From contig OX597820.1 of the NCBI GenBank assembly GCA_951406725.2, forward strand, positions 62,248,001 through 62,312,000: a stretch of DNA of 64,000 nt, written 5' to 3'. This DNA comes from Octopus vulgaris (Eukaryota). The stretch's first letter is position 1. Each line of letters opens with the position of its first letter. Positions 25,530 to 39,515 of the stretch are shown piece by piece. The translations under genes and the position numbers were made by a program. Below the pieces are notes generated by a model. The model ran no database searches. It was given only the letters and a program-made list of their open reading frames with translations, and was not told the DNA's origin.

Positions 25530-26250
25530 TCTTCGGCTACCTGATGAAATCAGCAGTAAGAAAATAAGTGCCACTGGTTTTACTTCAGGAATTCCTTTGA
25601 GTCCGTCGAGTATATAAAGTGTGAAGGAAAGTAAAAACGGAATTCACGAGATTTTTATTAATCACAACGGTTGTTTCGATCCGTCTTGCACAGATCCCTC
25701 ACGGATGAGATTTTGTACTGCTGGTTTCGGTGCATCATTCGGTGCAGACGTGTTTCGTCAGGTGACTTTTCAAAAGATACATCGCTCAATAAACTCGGTT
25801 TCGGTCAGTTCGATTATATAACACATTCTATTATCTGCCTACAACTGGTTGCATACAGTGGATATTGTGGTTAGAACCACAAGCTCATTAAAAAAACCAT
25901 CGATATCAAGCGAATTTCTCTGTACAGCCACTCACAACGTTCCGTGCATCAGTTGCTATTATAAGCTTTTTGCGGCGCCGTGCGTGTTCCTTTGAGGGCT
26001 ACGGTAAGCTATTGAAGAAGTCCATAACTATCAGTAGGTGATTGCTTTCTCCCAAGAGTACAGCAAAATGCTGTTGGAACACCCCACACATCCCCTGAGA
26101 ATCGAATAGTAAAATCTTTGGATTAGTTTCCACGTTGCAGTTTCGTCACCACCCATGTTGATTGAATGAATTTTCCTCGCATTTAACTCTGACCACGCAT
26201 CCATTGTGCTTCAGACCTGAAAAATAGTTGCAAGTAATTCTTTCCTCTAG
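25530..26250 (-). mobile_element. Possible degenerate Penelope-like remnant with hammerhead-like motifs
   Basis: Minus strand: NVETN, YIIELTETEFIER (YIG.TE..F..R-like), then CTGACGA...GAAAC and gatctgt/acggatc-GAAAC motifs. Confidence 0.3.
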
Positions 26251-26819
26251 TGTTTGTGTTTCGATTCTTTTGCTAATCACCTCTTCAAGCTAACTGTTCC
26301 CTCGTTTGTCTATTTCTCTCTATCACTAGCTTTTACTGATACTCATATTTAATTGCACTTTTAGATGTGCCCCACAATTTGTTATTGACGACTGCCCCCG
26401 TCAACTGTTGCTTAACTGTCCTCGTTAGTCTGGCCCCTGTCATCGCTGTGTTGTGAAAAACAGGTTCAAATTCCAATAAGAGTGTCGTTGTGTATGAGTC
26501 TTATCTAAATCGACTGAGCAAATAATCACAAATATGTAGTCTGTGTATCCGACCAGTGTAAAAAGCAAGCAGACTACGCTACCTATATCTGCCAACCTAA
26601 CGGACGCTTTATATAAGTATTATGTAGATGACTCATTGTGACCCATGGCAACATTTGTACATTTATGAAATCCAATCAGTATCGAAATTCAGAGAGCTGA
26701 AATTGTTTGATTTGGTTCTCCATCCGCTTTTCGATCGACTTCTACAATTTCTTTGTGCACAATTTCTTCGGTAGTAAGGAACGAGGTGGTCTCAGAAAGG
26801 ACTCTAGACGTCTGAAGTA

Positions 26820-26940
26820 AGAAGAAGAAGAAGAAGAGGGAAGAAGAAGAAGAAGAAGAAGAAGAAGAAGAAGAAGAAGAAGAAGAAGAAGAAGAAGAAG
26901 AAGAAGAAGAAGAAGAAGAAGAAGAAGAAGAAGAAGAAAA
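26820..26940. repeat. (GAA)n
   Basis: Directly visible. Confidence 0.95.
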
Positions 26941-27671
26941 GAGGAGGTTAATGAGGAGGATGGTGAAGTGGACGAACGAGATAAGGGAGATGAGGGCGTT
27001 GGAAGCGAGTAGGAGGACTAAAATCACGAAGAAGAAAATGAATTTATTTGCTAAAACGACAATGAAGAACATTACAAATATAATAATCACAGAAAGATAA
27101 CGAAATAATAATTCTGAAAAATATATCAATAACAAGACTTTTAAAAATGTTCAAACAATAAAAGTAATAATAATAATTATAATGGTATTTGTATATGTGA
27201 CTCATTTTGATTATGAATATAACGAGTTATGACAGGTAGGGGTAGGTAGACGGGTGGTCTAGACGGCCATGGTAAAGGTTGTTGATGGAAAGGAAGTAAT
27301 TGAAATTTGAAACAAAAAGCGCCCACAACCACACACAGACATGCACACACACACAATTGTACACAGTTACGTGCATACACGTACACATACGCATACACAC
27401 ACACAAAAACACATACACACACACGCAAGTATAAGAAAATAGAAAAGAACGTTTCAGAAATGTATGTTTACATATATGTAAATACAACCGTGGTGGGGCG
27501 TTTGTGTGTATGTAGAGACAAATATACACACAGAGACATATATATGTACACACGCATACACACATGCCAAAGCTGATATATATATATATATACACACACA
27601 TATATATGAGCTTTGATATGTGTGTGTGTGTGTACATATATATGTCTCTGTGTGTATATACGTCTATACAT

Positions 27672-27715
<44 letters not shown>

Positions 27716-28426
27716 TTGTGTGTTTGTGTGTGTGCGTGTGTTTGTGTGTGTATATTGTATATGTAATACGTATATGTGAATGTTACTGTGTTTATAGGGA
27801 TCATTGAATCCTACCACTTCGAAGAGAATGTTTTGTCTATCTGATACCGAACTAATGACAGACTGACAATCTGAGTTGGCTACAGTTCCACATTAAAACA
27901 GTAATACAATTCAACCAGGAGACGACTATGCTGCGACCGTTACCCACTTAAAGTTCGCCACTCAGTATATAACACCCTGATTTGGAAATGTTGCCAAAGC
28001 ATTTGGTGTGGGTACGAGGTCGAAGACTGAAGTAACAATTTCTCAGGCAATTACCATTGCCGTTCCAGCACTATTGGAAAGATACAGTCTTAGTTCGCCA
28101 GTTCGGCTATATCGGTTTTATCATCTCTACTGATGCCAAGATTGTCAAGGGGTTAGACAAGTTCTGGGACACTAAACCAAGGGAAATTGAACGATCATCA
28201 GATGCGTACAGGTTAACGTTTTAATAATAAAGTACCCACGTTAGATGATGGAGATTTAAATTTATAAAAAAAGATGAGATGATCACATATGAAACACGTA
28301 TAAAGATAAATTAATCTGCGCTTGAATAAAACGACCACAAAAATAGCACTTAAAAAAGTCAACGTGCGATTTAAAGTAAACATAGATAAGGACAATGGAA
28401 TCATTATATTATCCTATATTTTGGGG

Positions 28427-29580
28427 GTGAGGAATTATGTAAATTATTTAAGATGGACGTTTAGGTGTCCAAGACAAATCACGCACTAATATACCAGTAG
28501 AAAACTTGATGGAGATGTTGACTTTCTGCATAGAAACTACCTACTTCGGAGTAGATACCGCAAGCCAACCTTCACTGGAGATTACCTCAACTTCAATTTC
28601 CACCATCCAAACACTATAAAGAGAAGGATTGCTCAATGTCTAAAACATCGAGCAAAGACTATAAGTAGCGATCCTGATACACACCAGGAAGAAATGATCA
28701 GGCTATGAGACAATCTGTTATGCAACAACTACCCAAAGAACATACTATCCACTCCAATTAGGAAGAGTAGAGAGGAAGAAACCCATAAACTGAGCACAAT
28801 CTGTCTACTTTATGTCAAAGTCCTCTCGGAAAAGATACGAAAGATATACGGTCCATATGACGTCAGGACAGTATTCTGATGTAATACAACACTTCGCAAA
28901 TATCTTCGAGTAAAACCCACCCCTAGAAGAGAATCTGACCAAAAATTGCGTGTACTCTGTCCCTTGCAGTTGTGGTAGGCTATACAAAAGGCAAAACAGG
29001 CCGTCCCCTTAAAGTAAGAGTAGTGGAACATCGTAAAACTGTGACGCGAAGGCATGTTGAAAAATCGGTTATAGCGATCATGTAAGGGAAAACGAAAACT
29101 ACCTCCTGCTGTTGGATGAAGCTAAAATTATCGACAGAGGACACCTCTGGAAAATACGAAAATGAAAAGAGGCTGCTCATATGCTAGGACACAATAACCT
29201 CCTAAGAAGTCCTAATGCAGATATAAATGTAATACGGTGACCAGTATTAAGAAAAGATAAAATACAAGGTTTATAAGCCCTAAAATTCACTCTATAATTT
29301 CCCATGGGCATGTAGCGTGGTGGATAAGAGCGCGAGCTACTAACACTAGGAGTATAAGTTCAATCCCTAACATTATTGTTAATGTTAATGTTGACAGAAA
29401 AATAACATCAGCAACATACCTTAGGAATGGGAACAGTGTACCCCTTAAGTCAAATAAAGGGTTGGGTTCAAAATTTCACCAGACCACATGATGAAGGCTG
29501 GAGAGTACATCAGCCGAAACGTTGTGATAACAACAAGCAAGATGAGGACACTTACCCATCCATTTTAAATAATGTAAACG
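28427..29580 (+). mobile_element. 5'-truncated Penelope-like element (RT thumb + GIY-YIG) with tRNA-headed, HHR-containing 3' terminus and inverted 5' terminal copy
   Basis: YRKPTFTGDYLNFNFHHP..KRRIAQCLKHRA (about 28555-28655); KNCVYSVPCSCGRLY..TGRPLKVRVVEHR (about 28942-29035); family C unit at 29301-29580; 28427-28470 is the reverse complement of the 3' tail. Confidence 0.85.
29483..29527 (+). ncRNA. Family C hammerhead motif in the Penelope terminus (C3 mutated)
   Basis: cac-ATGATGA-a-ggctg/cagcc-GAAAC-GTT-gtg. Confidence 0.55.
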
Positions 29581-29730
29581 GAATCATTGTGTGAAACGTA
29601 TACAAACTCATTATTTTGTATACGTTTCTATGCTACAGATACAAAAGAAATATATATGAGACATGATCTTATACGAACTTATCCAAATTCATGAACTTTA
29701 TTGTACAATCTACTAAAATACACATGAACC

Positions 29731-29945
29731 AGTTTTCCCTCAGACCTGTTTGTTTACGTGAAACAATTTTCCGCCAGTCCTGTTTATTTATGTTCAAATC
29801 ACGTTCAGGCATAACCTGAACTAGTTTTCCCTCAGACCTGTTTATTTACGTGAACCAATTTTCCGTCAGACTTGTTTATTTCTGTTCAAATCACGTTCAG
29901 GCATAACCTGAACTAGTTTTTCCTCAGACCTGTTTATTTACGTGT
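29731..29945. repeat. About 92-bp tandem repeat (about 2.3 copies)
   Basis: agttttccctcagacctgttt... recurs at 29731, 29823 and 29914. Confidence 0.85.
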
Positions 29946-30629
29946 ATTTCAGTTCATAACATGTTCAGGCATAGATTCATTTTCTAGATATATGGCAGTA
30001 CATAGACGACAAACAACTGATGTCGTATTATAAGAACGCTTACTGCGTAAAGGGAAATAGTTAATGAACTCAACAAACCAAAAAAAAATCACGTTTGAAG
30101 TTAATTTAATATACTGCTAAGGATTTTGTTATCATATTAAAAAACTAATTACAGGTAAATACTATCTAGATAGAAATCCACATATATCTGCAACCATATA
30201 ATATGTATTCAGAAATTGCATCACAAGAACATTCACTCAAAAAAGAGACAAAAGGTATTTCAATTAATGATGCACTAGGAAAATTGGATTATATGCAACA
30301 GAAAAGTAACACCATGAAGAAAATCGAAAACTGTTGGTTCAAACATCTTCAGCTTTGAATGTCGGCAAACATTTTCTAGTGTGCGTTAGAAGACATAACA
30401 TGTATTGCAGGCTGTGTAATAACAATTAGCTAGAGACGCACAGCAAACAGCATTGTTTTTACGTATATTATAGACACTCACACTATGTGTGTGATGTGTT
30501 AACTCAATGTAATACAACTCAGCACATGCCTAGGAACAAATCAATATCTGCAAACTTAATGCGTACAGTAGCAATAAAGTGTTCTGTGCATTTAGTACGT
30601 CTACAATTACTAATGTACATAACCAAAGA

Positions 30630-30830
30630 ACAAGAGACGTTATACAGAATTCGAAGATGTCAAGATGTCACTAAGGAGGTGCAACCTGGACTTTGATGAA
30701 GCTACACTAGCGGTTTAATAGTATGTATAACAGACTTATGAAGGGTCAAAACATATCATGTTGTGAACGGAAGACCAATGAGAACATTTATGGACACATT
30801 CTACCCATTTCTACTATTGTTGCACAAAAT
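30630..30830 (+). pseudogene. Old RTE LINE C-terminal fragment
   Basis: TWTL...YNRLMKGQNISC..IYGHILPISTIV parallels ETWTLSKK..YTRLLMRAQNLSW of the 403-4763 element. Confidence 0.55.
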
Positions 30831-32387
30831 TTGGTAGGTATTGAGCAACCAGAGTATATATGGTGCTTACCGAAAAATATATTTAAGAAAACACACCAAA
30901 TCATAGCCATTCTACTTAAATCACAATACATATCTGGGCTGTTATTACCAAGTCTGATACATGCCTCCAATTATTGCTGCAAAATACAAATAACTCACAG
31001 GACTTTCAAAGGTAACCAATAACTCCCACTTCGAAAAAGATTAACCATCACTTAACAAAAAATCCGTTCCAATAAAAACAAGATACGATCGTTTGTTTTC
31101 GAATGCAAAAGTTTACGGCTAAAAGTATCGATGAATAATCCATTTCAATCAATTCCTTCTTTGGTCTGCTTCAACAAGTTCTATGATTAATCTCTTAACG
31201 CAGAAAGTCTTTTCGTTTAAATTTCTAACCCTATAGACCGTGATCATGGTGTGAGATTAAAGGTGTATCTTTACAACAGATGATCTTTATGTAATAGGCA
31301 ACTTTTAGAGGAAACTCAGTATTAGAATGATCTCATTCGAATTCGGTCACATCCAAGACGTCCTAGATACATTTACATTTTAATAAAGACATAATTTTCA
31401 ACTTTCTGTTGACTGGTAAAATTAAACATACTCAACAAATATAATAACAATTCTGTAAGTAAAAGAATTCCAGCTGGTGAAAGATTCAAACGCAATTTGA
31501 ACATTCATCACAAGGCCACTGTACTTCTATAATATTTTAAATAAAAGGAATATAAGATAAAACATCTGCCGTTTAATGATATTAGTTCACTCCGCAACTG
31601 ATTGTTCCATTATCAGTATTCGTTTATAAAATCTATTTTCTACGTAATACCGTATCGTTATTGATAACACCATATTTTAGACCTTATGTATGTGAGTATG
31701 TGGGTGCATACACACACGCACACTCACACTGAGAGAGGGGGAGAGAGAAATAGATGAGTACGTAAAATATTGGAAGATATCCTCTCATGTAACTGTCTTT
31801 CTATAATCATTTGCTACTATCATTATGCGATCCATTTAAACTTTTTGAAAAATAAAAGATTTCGGTCTACTCAGTGCACAAATTAACTGATAAGCATAAC
31901 ATTTCAAAACGATCTTAAGAATACGATCAACTTTTTATTTTCCAGATACTTTATATTGTGTAACATTTGAAAATATAAGCAACAATGGAAAAATATATAA
32001 CAATAGAAAGAAGCTAGTCGTAGGTTGAAGTAACTAAGAATACAAATAGACTAGTGAAAGACAGAGGCACTTTCGTATCTCACACATGTTCTTTACCATG
32101 CAACAGACGATGTCAGTCATTTTTCTTTTATTTTACTTTTACTATTTTTGTTTTTATGTCTCCGTCTCATTTAAGTTTCAGATATATCTTTTATTATGAA
32201 GTAGCACACATATATATTACATGCATGGCAGTGTCTTCGAAGTTTCGTACTGCACGCCTTCTTCAGACTGTGGTACATTTGAGTTCCACTTGGCTTTATA
32301 AACACGCTGGTATATATTCTTTTCTGCGGTAGGTGGAGCCATGTTGAATGCTAAATAATATGATAATATGTACAGTGTTTTTTAACA

Positions 32388-32572
32388 GGTGAGCTGGCAG
32401 AATCGTTAGCACGCCGAGCAAAATGCGTAGCTGCATTTCGTCCGTTTTTACGTTCTGAGTTCGAATTTCACCGAGGTCGACTTTGCCTTTCATACTTTCG
32501 ATAAAATAAGAACCAGTCGGGTCTGGGGACTTACAATCTATCCGATAATGCTGGCCTTGTGCCAAACCTTGA
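32388..32572 (+). mobile_element. SINE family B monomer
   Basis: ggtgagctggcagaatcgttagcacgccg...gagttcgaattt...gaggtcgactttgcc. Confidence 0.8.
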
Positions 32573-32699
32573 AGGGTAACTTTTGATGGAAAGATACCAT
32601 AGAAAGTTTAATGTTGGAGTTGTGCTATTGTTCAGAGTTCAATCGCATATATGAAACTTCATAATTAGGTATGCTTATTTTATGTGTATAAACATTAGG

Positions 32700-34400
32700 T
32701 CGTGAGGGTTGCTCTTTATGTCTCATAAAAGAATGTAAATAGAGGCAAAGATTATTCAGTCAGCAGAGGTCTAAATGGGTTATTGAAGTTATTTGAACTC
32801 TTATTAGAAGATTTACCCTATATGATGTGGGAAGGTGGAAGTTATTGTTCAACGTTTTGTCAAACAAGTAAAACCTTCTTATCAGGAGTGTTTATCTTGT
32901 TGTGTCAGCTTTAGGCCATGTTGTTGTTAGTATAGAAACTTGGTTATTTTGTCTGAGAAGTAAGTCGGTGAAAGGCTTACTTGGTCAACAGATCACAAAC
33001 TACAGTTGATACATATATGTATGTATGTGTGTGTGTGTGTGTGTGTGTAACCCCATATCAATATCAGGCGTACAAGGCTAAGTTCGGAGTGCAATCAGCA
33101 GTATTTTGAGTACCCTGTCTAGAGTATTCATTTTTGATCCAATTAAGCTGAAGCTGTAGTTTTTAACAACTTTATACCTGTGTCCTTTCTTTAAAACATG
33201 TTTGTGTGTTTCTTCTATTGTACATTTTCCTATTTTTTTGTTCCTTTTTGTATATGGCTGATTATTTTGTAATTGTCACATTTCAGTGTCTAAATTTAAC
33301 TTAATGGTTTGGTTTTTAATTAAATGGACTTCTCTTTGAGCAGTTTTGGCATATTTACCTAATTCCACACTTGATTTCACTTCACTGCTGAACCCATGTA
33401 AACAGTTAATCTTACTGCTGAAAGCACATAGTATATTCTGCTAGACGTTGTTACTTGCAACAATATCTAACGCTAAACTATCCATATAACACAAGTTCTT
33501 TATTAGTTTGTTAGGAGTTTTATAAACATTGGTGATTTGATTAAGGAAATTTGTTAATGGTGCCAAAACCAGACAGAAAAGTAATGGCGAATAGAAGCCT
33601 CCCCTGGAAATTTGCTGTTGTAATAAAAACAAGACTAGTTTTTATAATCTTTTTATCAGGCAGTGTTATTGAACAATTTCAATATGGTCTCAGTGAGATA
33701 CTACTTTTATTGAAGGAGCGTCGCTTATGCGCTGTCTCTAATATCTAACACTGTGGACTGCTGTCAAAGGATATTCGAAAATAAATCTATGCTATGCTTC
33801 GATTTTTCTTTCACGTTTTGCTTGCCTTTAATAACTATTCGGTTTACCAATAACTGCTCTTTACATCCATATATTATTTCCGAAGCTCTTCCTGCTCTTC
33901 CAGTAACATGTTGTTATTTTCCAGATGAACAGCCAACATGCTATGTTTTTGTATATTGTTCGGTAACATGTTATTTCTTTGTAGTTTTCTTTGGCTTTGA
34001 GGAAATAATGTTTTCCCTTTAGCCACCAGGCAGGTGTTGATTCTCGTCTCTGTAGTAATGTATTGATTACTGTTGCTATACTCGCTTTAAATACAATGAT
34101 TAGATATTCTAACCAGAATTTTCAATCTTTATCATTCCGGAGAGCCTTCTATTTGCTAGGGATATTAATAGTGTAGGTAAATTCTCTGCAAATTATATTA
34201 AGCCAAACGTATAATATTATTGAAGTTTTTTTCACTTTCTCAGTTTTAATGCGTTGCTTGTGTTTCTGGTGTATATTTTGTATATTTTCTTCCTCGATTT
34301 CCTTCCCATGTGTTTTGTATTTCAATCGCCATCGTTCACTCCTACATCAACCTTCTTTGAGCAAATTTATGAACAAAAGACTTCTTTTTGTTAGATCATA
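32700..34400 (-). mobile_element. Old R4-like LINE RT remnant
   Basis: RGGFYSPLLFCLVLAPL...CYMDSL, similar to the 40450-41895 copy. Confidence 0.55.
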
Positions 34401-34433
34401 GAATATGAATTGTGGTAGATTCAGCATTAAAGT

Positions 34434-34625
34434 TTATTGCTTTTTAGGTCTATATATATCCCGATCCGGCATAATTATTAACATTGGCATTCGAGATATG
34501 ACCATCCCGTCGTTTTTAAAGTACATTATATCCTGTGACATAAGTTGACCCTTAATCGGTGTGAAACGGTAGCATGGATGCCTGTCCCAAACGAGCAAAA
34601 CAAATGTATATTTCTTGAGGATCAT
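34434..34625 (-). pseudogene. Possible pogo/Tigger DDE transposase remnant
   Basis: LLVWDRHPCY..PIKGQL...PDRDIYRPKK resembles LLV.D...H.T..VK...QPLD..I..PFK. Confidence 0.3.
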
Positions 34626-34734
34626 TTTTATACTTATTTTTCACTTTAAATAATTACAAAGGCTATAATAATTGCTAGTAGTTTGCACAATAAAATTTAC
34701 AACCAAATCGTTGAAGAGTGCCGTAAAATATTCT

Positions 34735-35128
34735 TTTCTACTCTACGTACAAGGCTCGAAATTTTTGGAGAGGGGGACAGTCAATTAGATCGACCCCAGT
34801 ACGCAACTGGTACTTAATTTATCGACCCTGGAAGGCTGAAAGGCAAAGTCAACATCGGCGAATTTGAACTCAGAGCGTAAAGGTAGACGAAATACTTATT
34901 TCTTTACTACCCACAAGGGGCTAAATACAGAGAGGACAAACAAGGATAGACAAACGGATTAAGTCGATTATATCGACCCCAGTGCGTAACTGGTACTTAC
35001 CTAATCGACCTCGAAGGGATGAAAGGCAAAGTCGACCTCGGCGGAATTTGAACTCAGAACGTAACAGCAGAGGAAATACTGCTACGCATTTCCCCCCGGC
35101 GTGCTAACGGTTCTGCCAGCTCGCCGCC
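34735..35128 (-). mobile_element. SINE family B composite dimer
   Basis: Same internal junction (gacgaaatacttatttctttactacccacaagggg on +) as the 12370 copy. Confidence 0.85.
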
Positions 35129-36412
35129 GAAGTGCCGTCAAAAATTACCTTTCCTTTGATGATGTAAGTTAGCAAATAGACCGAATAAATTTATGAACAG
35201 TTGTAAGAAACAGTTATAGAAAAATTTATTAAATCCATCAGAAATAAGTAAACGGAACCGACTAATTCATGATGTCCGCTATTTTCTAATGAAATAGTAA
35301 TTGATGATGTCCCCTGTTTAACTGTTAAGAGAATGAGTGTTATTCCATCGAGATTTCGCAGTTATTTCTAGCAAAACGTGAAACCCTTACAGATTCCGTA
35401 GTTGTGCGCTCTGGTTGAAGATGGGTACTTGTTTTTAAGGCTGTCGCATTTGGTTCGAGATCCGCTTGCCTTACTCAACGCGACTTTAGTAAGATGAAAT
35501 GCGTTAACGTTTCATATACACCCGTGAGCGCTTCCTTTTTTTAAATGTATTTTTTTATCTATTTTGATAATGTTTCAGTTGTGTAATACTTTTATTCATG
35601 TATTTATTCATTTATTTATCCCTATCCCTTACCATTTCGCTAAATATAAATATGACCTTTTGGGTGAATGTGCTAATTTTGTATATTTTCTTCCAACTTG
35701 ATTTCCTTTTTATTTTATATTATTATTTACTTGTTTATTTTCTTCATTTGCAAAGCTTGACTGAATAGCGACTTATTCCAATAGGGTCAGACCAAAATCA
35801 ACACGATCCTGCCCTAACTACAGTGAATATGAGGTCTATTGATGTCTGGGTTTACTCCTGTGGAAAAAATTTCTCGGGGAGCCTGTTGAATTTGCTATTA
35901 TTTTCCACGCTTCCATAGATATTTGTTTTCTCTATAATTTCGTGGGAGGAGTGTTTTGTTGATACATTGTTATCGCCTTTGGTTTAACCACATTTATTTT
36001 TTTATTCTATATTTCTCTATCGTTTTTAATTTTTCTTTCTTTCAGTCTGTTTTATCTTCATATGATCCAGTAGTTTTAATTTTGCTGCTTGTGATGCAGG
36101 GATTGAAGTATAAATTTGTTGTGGCTTGGGATTTGCATATTTGTTATTGTAAGGGGTCTCTTCTTCACATTTTTGTATTTTTGTTACTTTTCCTCTATGT
36201 TTGTTTGGCTGTTTAGGCTTCTCCTTTCAGTGCATAGTTTGTTCTGTTGTATTGTTTTTATTGTGTTCAGCGCTCTCATTTACTCTGTATTTAGACGTTT
36301 GATGTAAAACTTTCCCTTCGTGTTGAAAGAGTTCATCCGTTTTGTGTTTCGTGGTACTGCATTAATTGATTGATGAGAGACTATTGTTGCTGTTGTAGTT
36401 GATGATATTATT

Positions 36413-36955
36413 ATACTTGTAAATAGAAGGCAGCGGGCTAGCAGAATACTTAAGTTCGTCGACCGAAATTTTAAATAAGGCGGTGAGCTGGCATAATTGT
36501 TAGGGCGCCGTACAAAATGCTTAGCGGCATTTTGTCCGTCTTTACGTTCTGAATTCAAATTCTGCCAAGGTCAACTTTGCTTTTCATTCTTTCGAGGTCA
36601 TTAAATTAAGTACCAGTTGCGTACTCAAGTCGATCTAATCGATTGAATCCCTATCCCCAAATTTTAAGCCTAGTGCCTATAGTATAAAGGATTATACTTG
36701 AAAATAGAAGACATCTGGCGAGCAGAATCCTTAGTTCGTCAACCGAAATTTTAAATAAGGCGGCGAGCTGACAGAATTGTTAGCATGTCGTGCAAATGCT
36801 TAGTGGCATTTTGTCCGTCTTTACGTTCTGTGTCCAAATTCCACCGAGGTCAACTTTGCCTTTCGTCCTTTTCGGGGTCGATAAAATAAGTACCAGTTGA
36901 GCATTAGGGCTGATGTAATCGATTTAAACCCTTCTGGCCTTGTACCCATATTTGA
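36413..36955 (+). repeat. Tandem duplication (about 281 bp) of flank + SINE B
   Basis: atacttgaaatagaag...gaccgaaattttaaataaggcgg.gagctg at 36413 and about 36694. Confidence 0.8.
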
Positions 36956-39515
36956 AATCATTATTATCATTAGTTGTTGTATGTGTTTAACTTCAGTTCT
37001 GTCCTGACTGAGCAGACCTATAATCGAAGGCATTACATCCACGACCCTCCTATTTGTTTGAGACTCTTCAGCAACAGTAGGATGAGATTTTTCTTGCTTC
37101 CCCCAGTAGCTCAAGTGTCTATACCAAGTCTCCTGTCATTGATTACATTTTTGCGCATAGTCAGTTCCGTTTACTTACTTCTGTTAGATTTAAAACAATT
37201 TGCTATAACTGTTTCTTACAACTGTTTTATTCAATCTATTTGCTGACTTAAAATATTCGTCTGTGTCACCAAATACCATGTCTCTGCTATGCTTCAGGTG
37301 ACTGTTGATTGCATCGTATGGATAAATATTATACCTGTAACACTTTTTGATATGTTTCATACACTGATTCATTTTTTATCGATGTCAGTGTTTTCTTTTA
37401 GAGGACTCAGCTTTTGGCGTTCATTGAACATTTGCATATCTATATGTATATGCATTACAATTATTGCTATAATACATTGATAGAAAACAGGGAAAATGTT
37501 TTCTCTTCTCGTAAAAATGTAGATTTGATTCAGTGGTATAAAAAGCTTTAATTTTATTTAAAACTGCAAACGGAAAATATTGTATTTAGTATAAAGAATA
37601 AAATTTCGTCCTTTTAACTCCATTGTAAAATATTTAACAACCATGATATTTATTGTACACATTAAGAAATATTAATTTCGAACATACCCACCAAAAATCG
37701 CAGCTTTAATTTATTACCGATTTTTTAATGGAGTAGTAGCTTTGATGTAAGGGGTAAACCTTTAAAAATACTTTGTACCAGAGAAAATATCTTTTGTTGC
37801 TTTCATATTAGGGCAAACATTAAGGTAATTTATATTGCAGGTGTTGTGCATTTTTGCTAACTTGTCACTATTTCTCAATATTTATTGAAAAGCAGTGTAC
37901 ATCATTAAAGATCAGAAAGATGATGAGGATGATGATTATGATGATGATGATGCTTAACCCCAGGTCGGCTTTGATTAAGCAATACTTTGATCATACAATA
38001 TACTGTCCATTTAAAAGGCATGGGATATGTAGGATTATATTAACTAATGCGTGCTTTATTTTTAAGACAATAGTGTGTCAGTTGAAGAGCATATGGCTGC
38101 TATTGTTAAAAGATCAAGAGGGCACATAGAGGTTAGCCACCCCAACTGCCGTAATGATTGAGCATATCTATGATCAAAGTTATTACAACCATGGCCATCT
38201 CATGCTTTTCCGAGATAGTATGTATCTAGCACTATATAAACTGTTGCATGCGGTCCTTCTTTATTGACACTAAGGTATAAATTGACGTTGATTTGGCAAT
38301 TATTTTTGGCAAATTAAAGGACAATGTAAAATGTCTTTCATTGCTTCACAATTTGTGAAATACGTGTGCAGCCTGGAAACGCGTTCTTCTGAAGAACAAT
38401 TAAACCTGTTATTGCTTAACTGAAGATTAGATCTGATCGAAACCTACCTTAAAAAATTTGTCATCTATATTTGACACTCACCGACTGATGTACATGGTAT
38501 CTAGGGCTTCGTTTACCAATGTTGCTTTTTTTTGTTAAGACGTGATTGTTTGATTTAAAGGAATTTTGGCTACAGTTGCTAGCAAATTAATCGACTTTAC
38601 AAAGGACCCTTGCAAAACACTACGAAATATTACGAAATATCAGTCGCTGTCTGCCGGATTACCATTTAATGTAGACGATAGGGAATAATTAGACTGACAA
38701 TAGCGGAGGAGATCATGTTAAAGCTGTCTCGTGGAACGATACGTTTTGTTTTATTTAAGAGAATTTAATTGCAAAGTATGTATCTGGTATGTCAATGTAT
38801 GTGAAATACCAACATTATCACTATGTACACATGTAATATCGTTTCTAATGATGCAATGTTTTGTAGGTTCCATTTTCCGGCATGCTTTTAAAAGTTGGCT
38901 CACTGGTGATATGTTTTTTATTTATCTTTCTATTTACTTATTCATCTATTTTGTTTGTTTATAATTTGTTTCATCGAGTTGAAAGAAATCGTAAAGTACT
39001 GATTTGATTTGTGCTCTGTTGGAGAGCTTACAAGTTTTAGGCAGTCGGTGATTTATAAGCGACGTCCAGTCGACGATTGGTGCTACTGTTAACAATACAA
39101 AATTTATGCTATTCAAAGACCAATAAAATTTTAAGATAAATTAATGCATTACTTACACAGACACCCATCAACATTTTTGCCAACTGTTTTTCCTTTTATT
39201 AGGCTGGGTGGTGTTTTTGTTCTCTATTCACCAACATCAATGAATATTTTTCACAGTTATTAGATAACGATCAATACAGTCATTATTATTGATGTCTGAA
39301 ACGGTAGAAGAACAGATCGGTTGTTTTTCATTATTAGTTTCGATTCTAAGATTTTTCTGTTCAAATCACGCTGTTGTCAACTTTGCATATAATCCTTCCA
39401 AGAAGAAAAAGTTAGCACTAAAGTAAGAAGGCCGAGTCAATCTACAAATCTCAGCCGTCACCTTGCAAAAATAAATAAGAAAATAAATAAATAGAGCATT
39501 CACCTTTTGCGTATA

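Noticed and set aside
29731-29945. CRISPR-like array
   Set aside because: Units repeat in full with no unique spacers; eukaryotic context and no cas genes.
30840-30920. Possible GIY-YIG remnant (YI.GLTE..FKK)
   Set aside because: Needs frameshifts and has only one weak motif.
32231-32270. Hammerhead-like CTGAAGA...GAAAC on the minus strand (similar weak cases near 20630, 24590 and 38420)
   Set aside because: Stems I/II or the NUH triplet cannot be formed convincingly; may be decayed copies.
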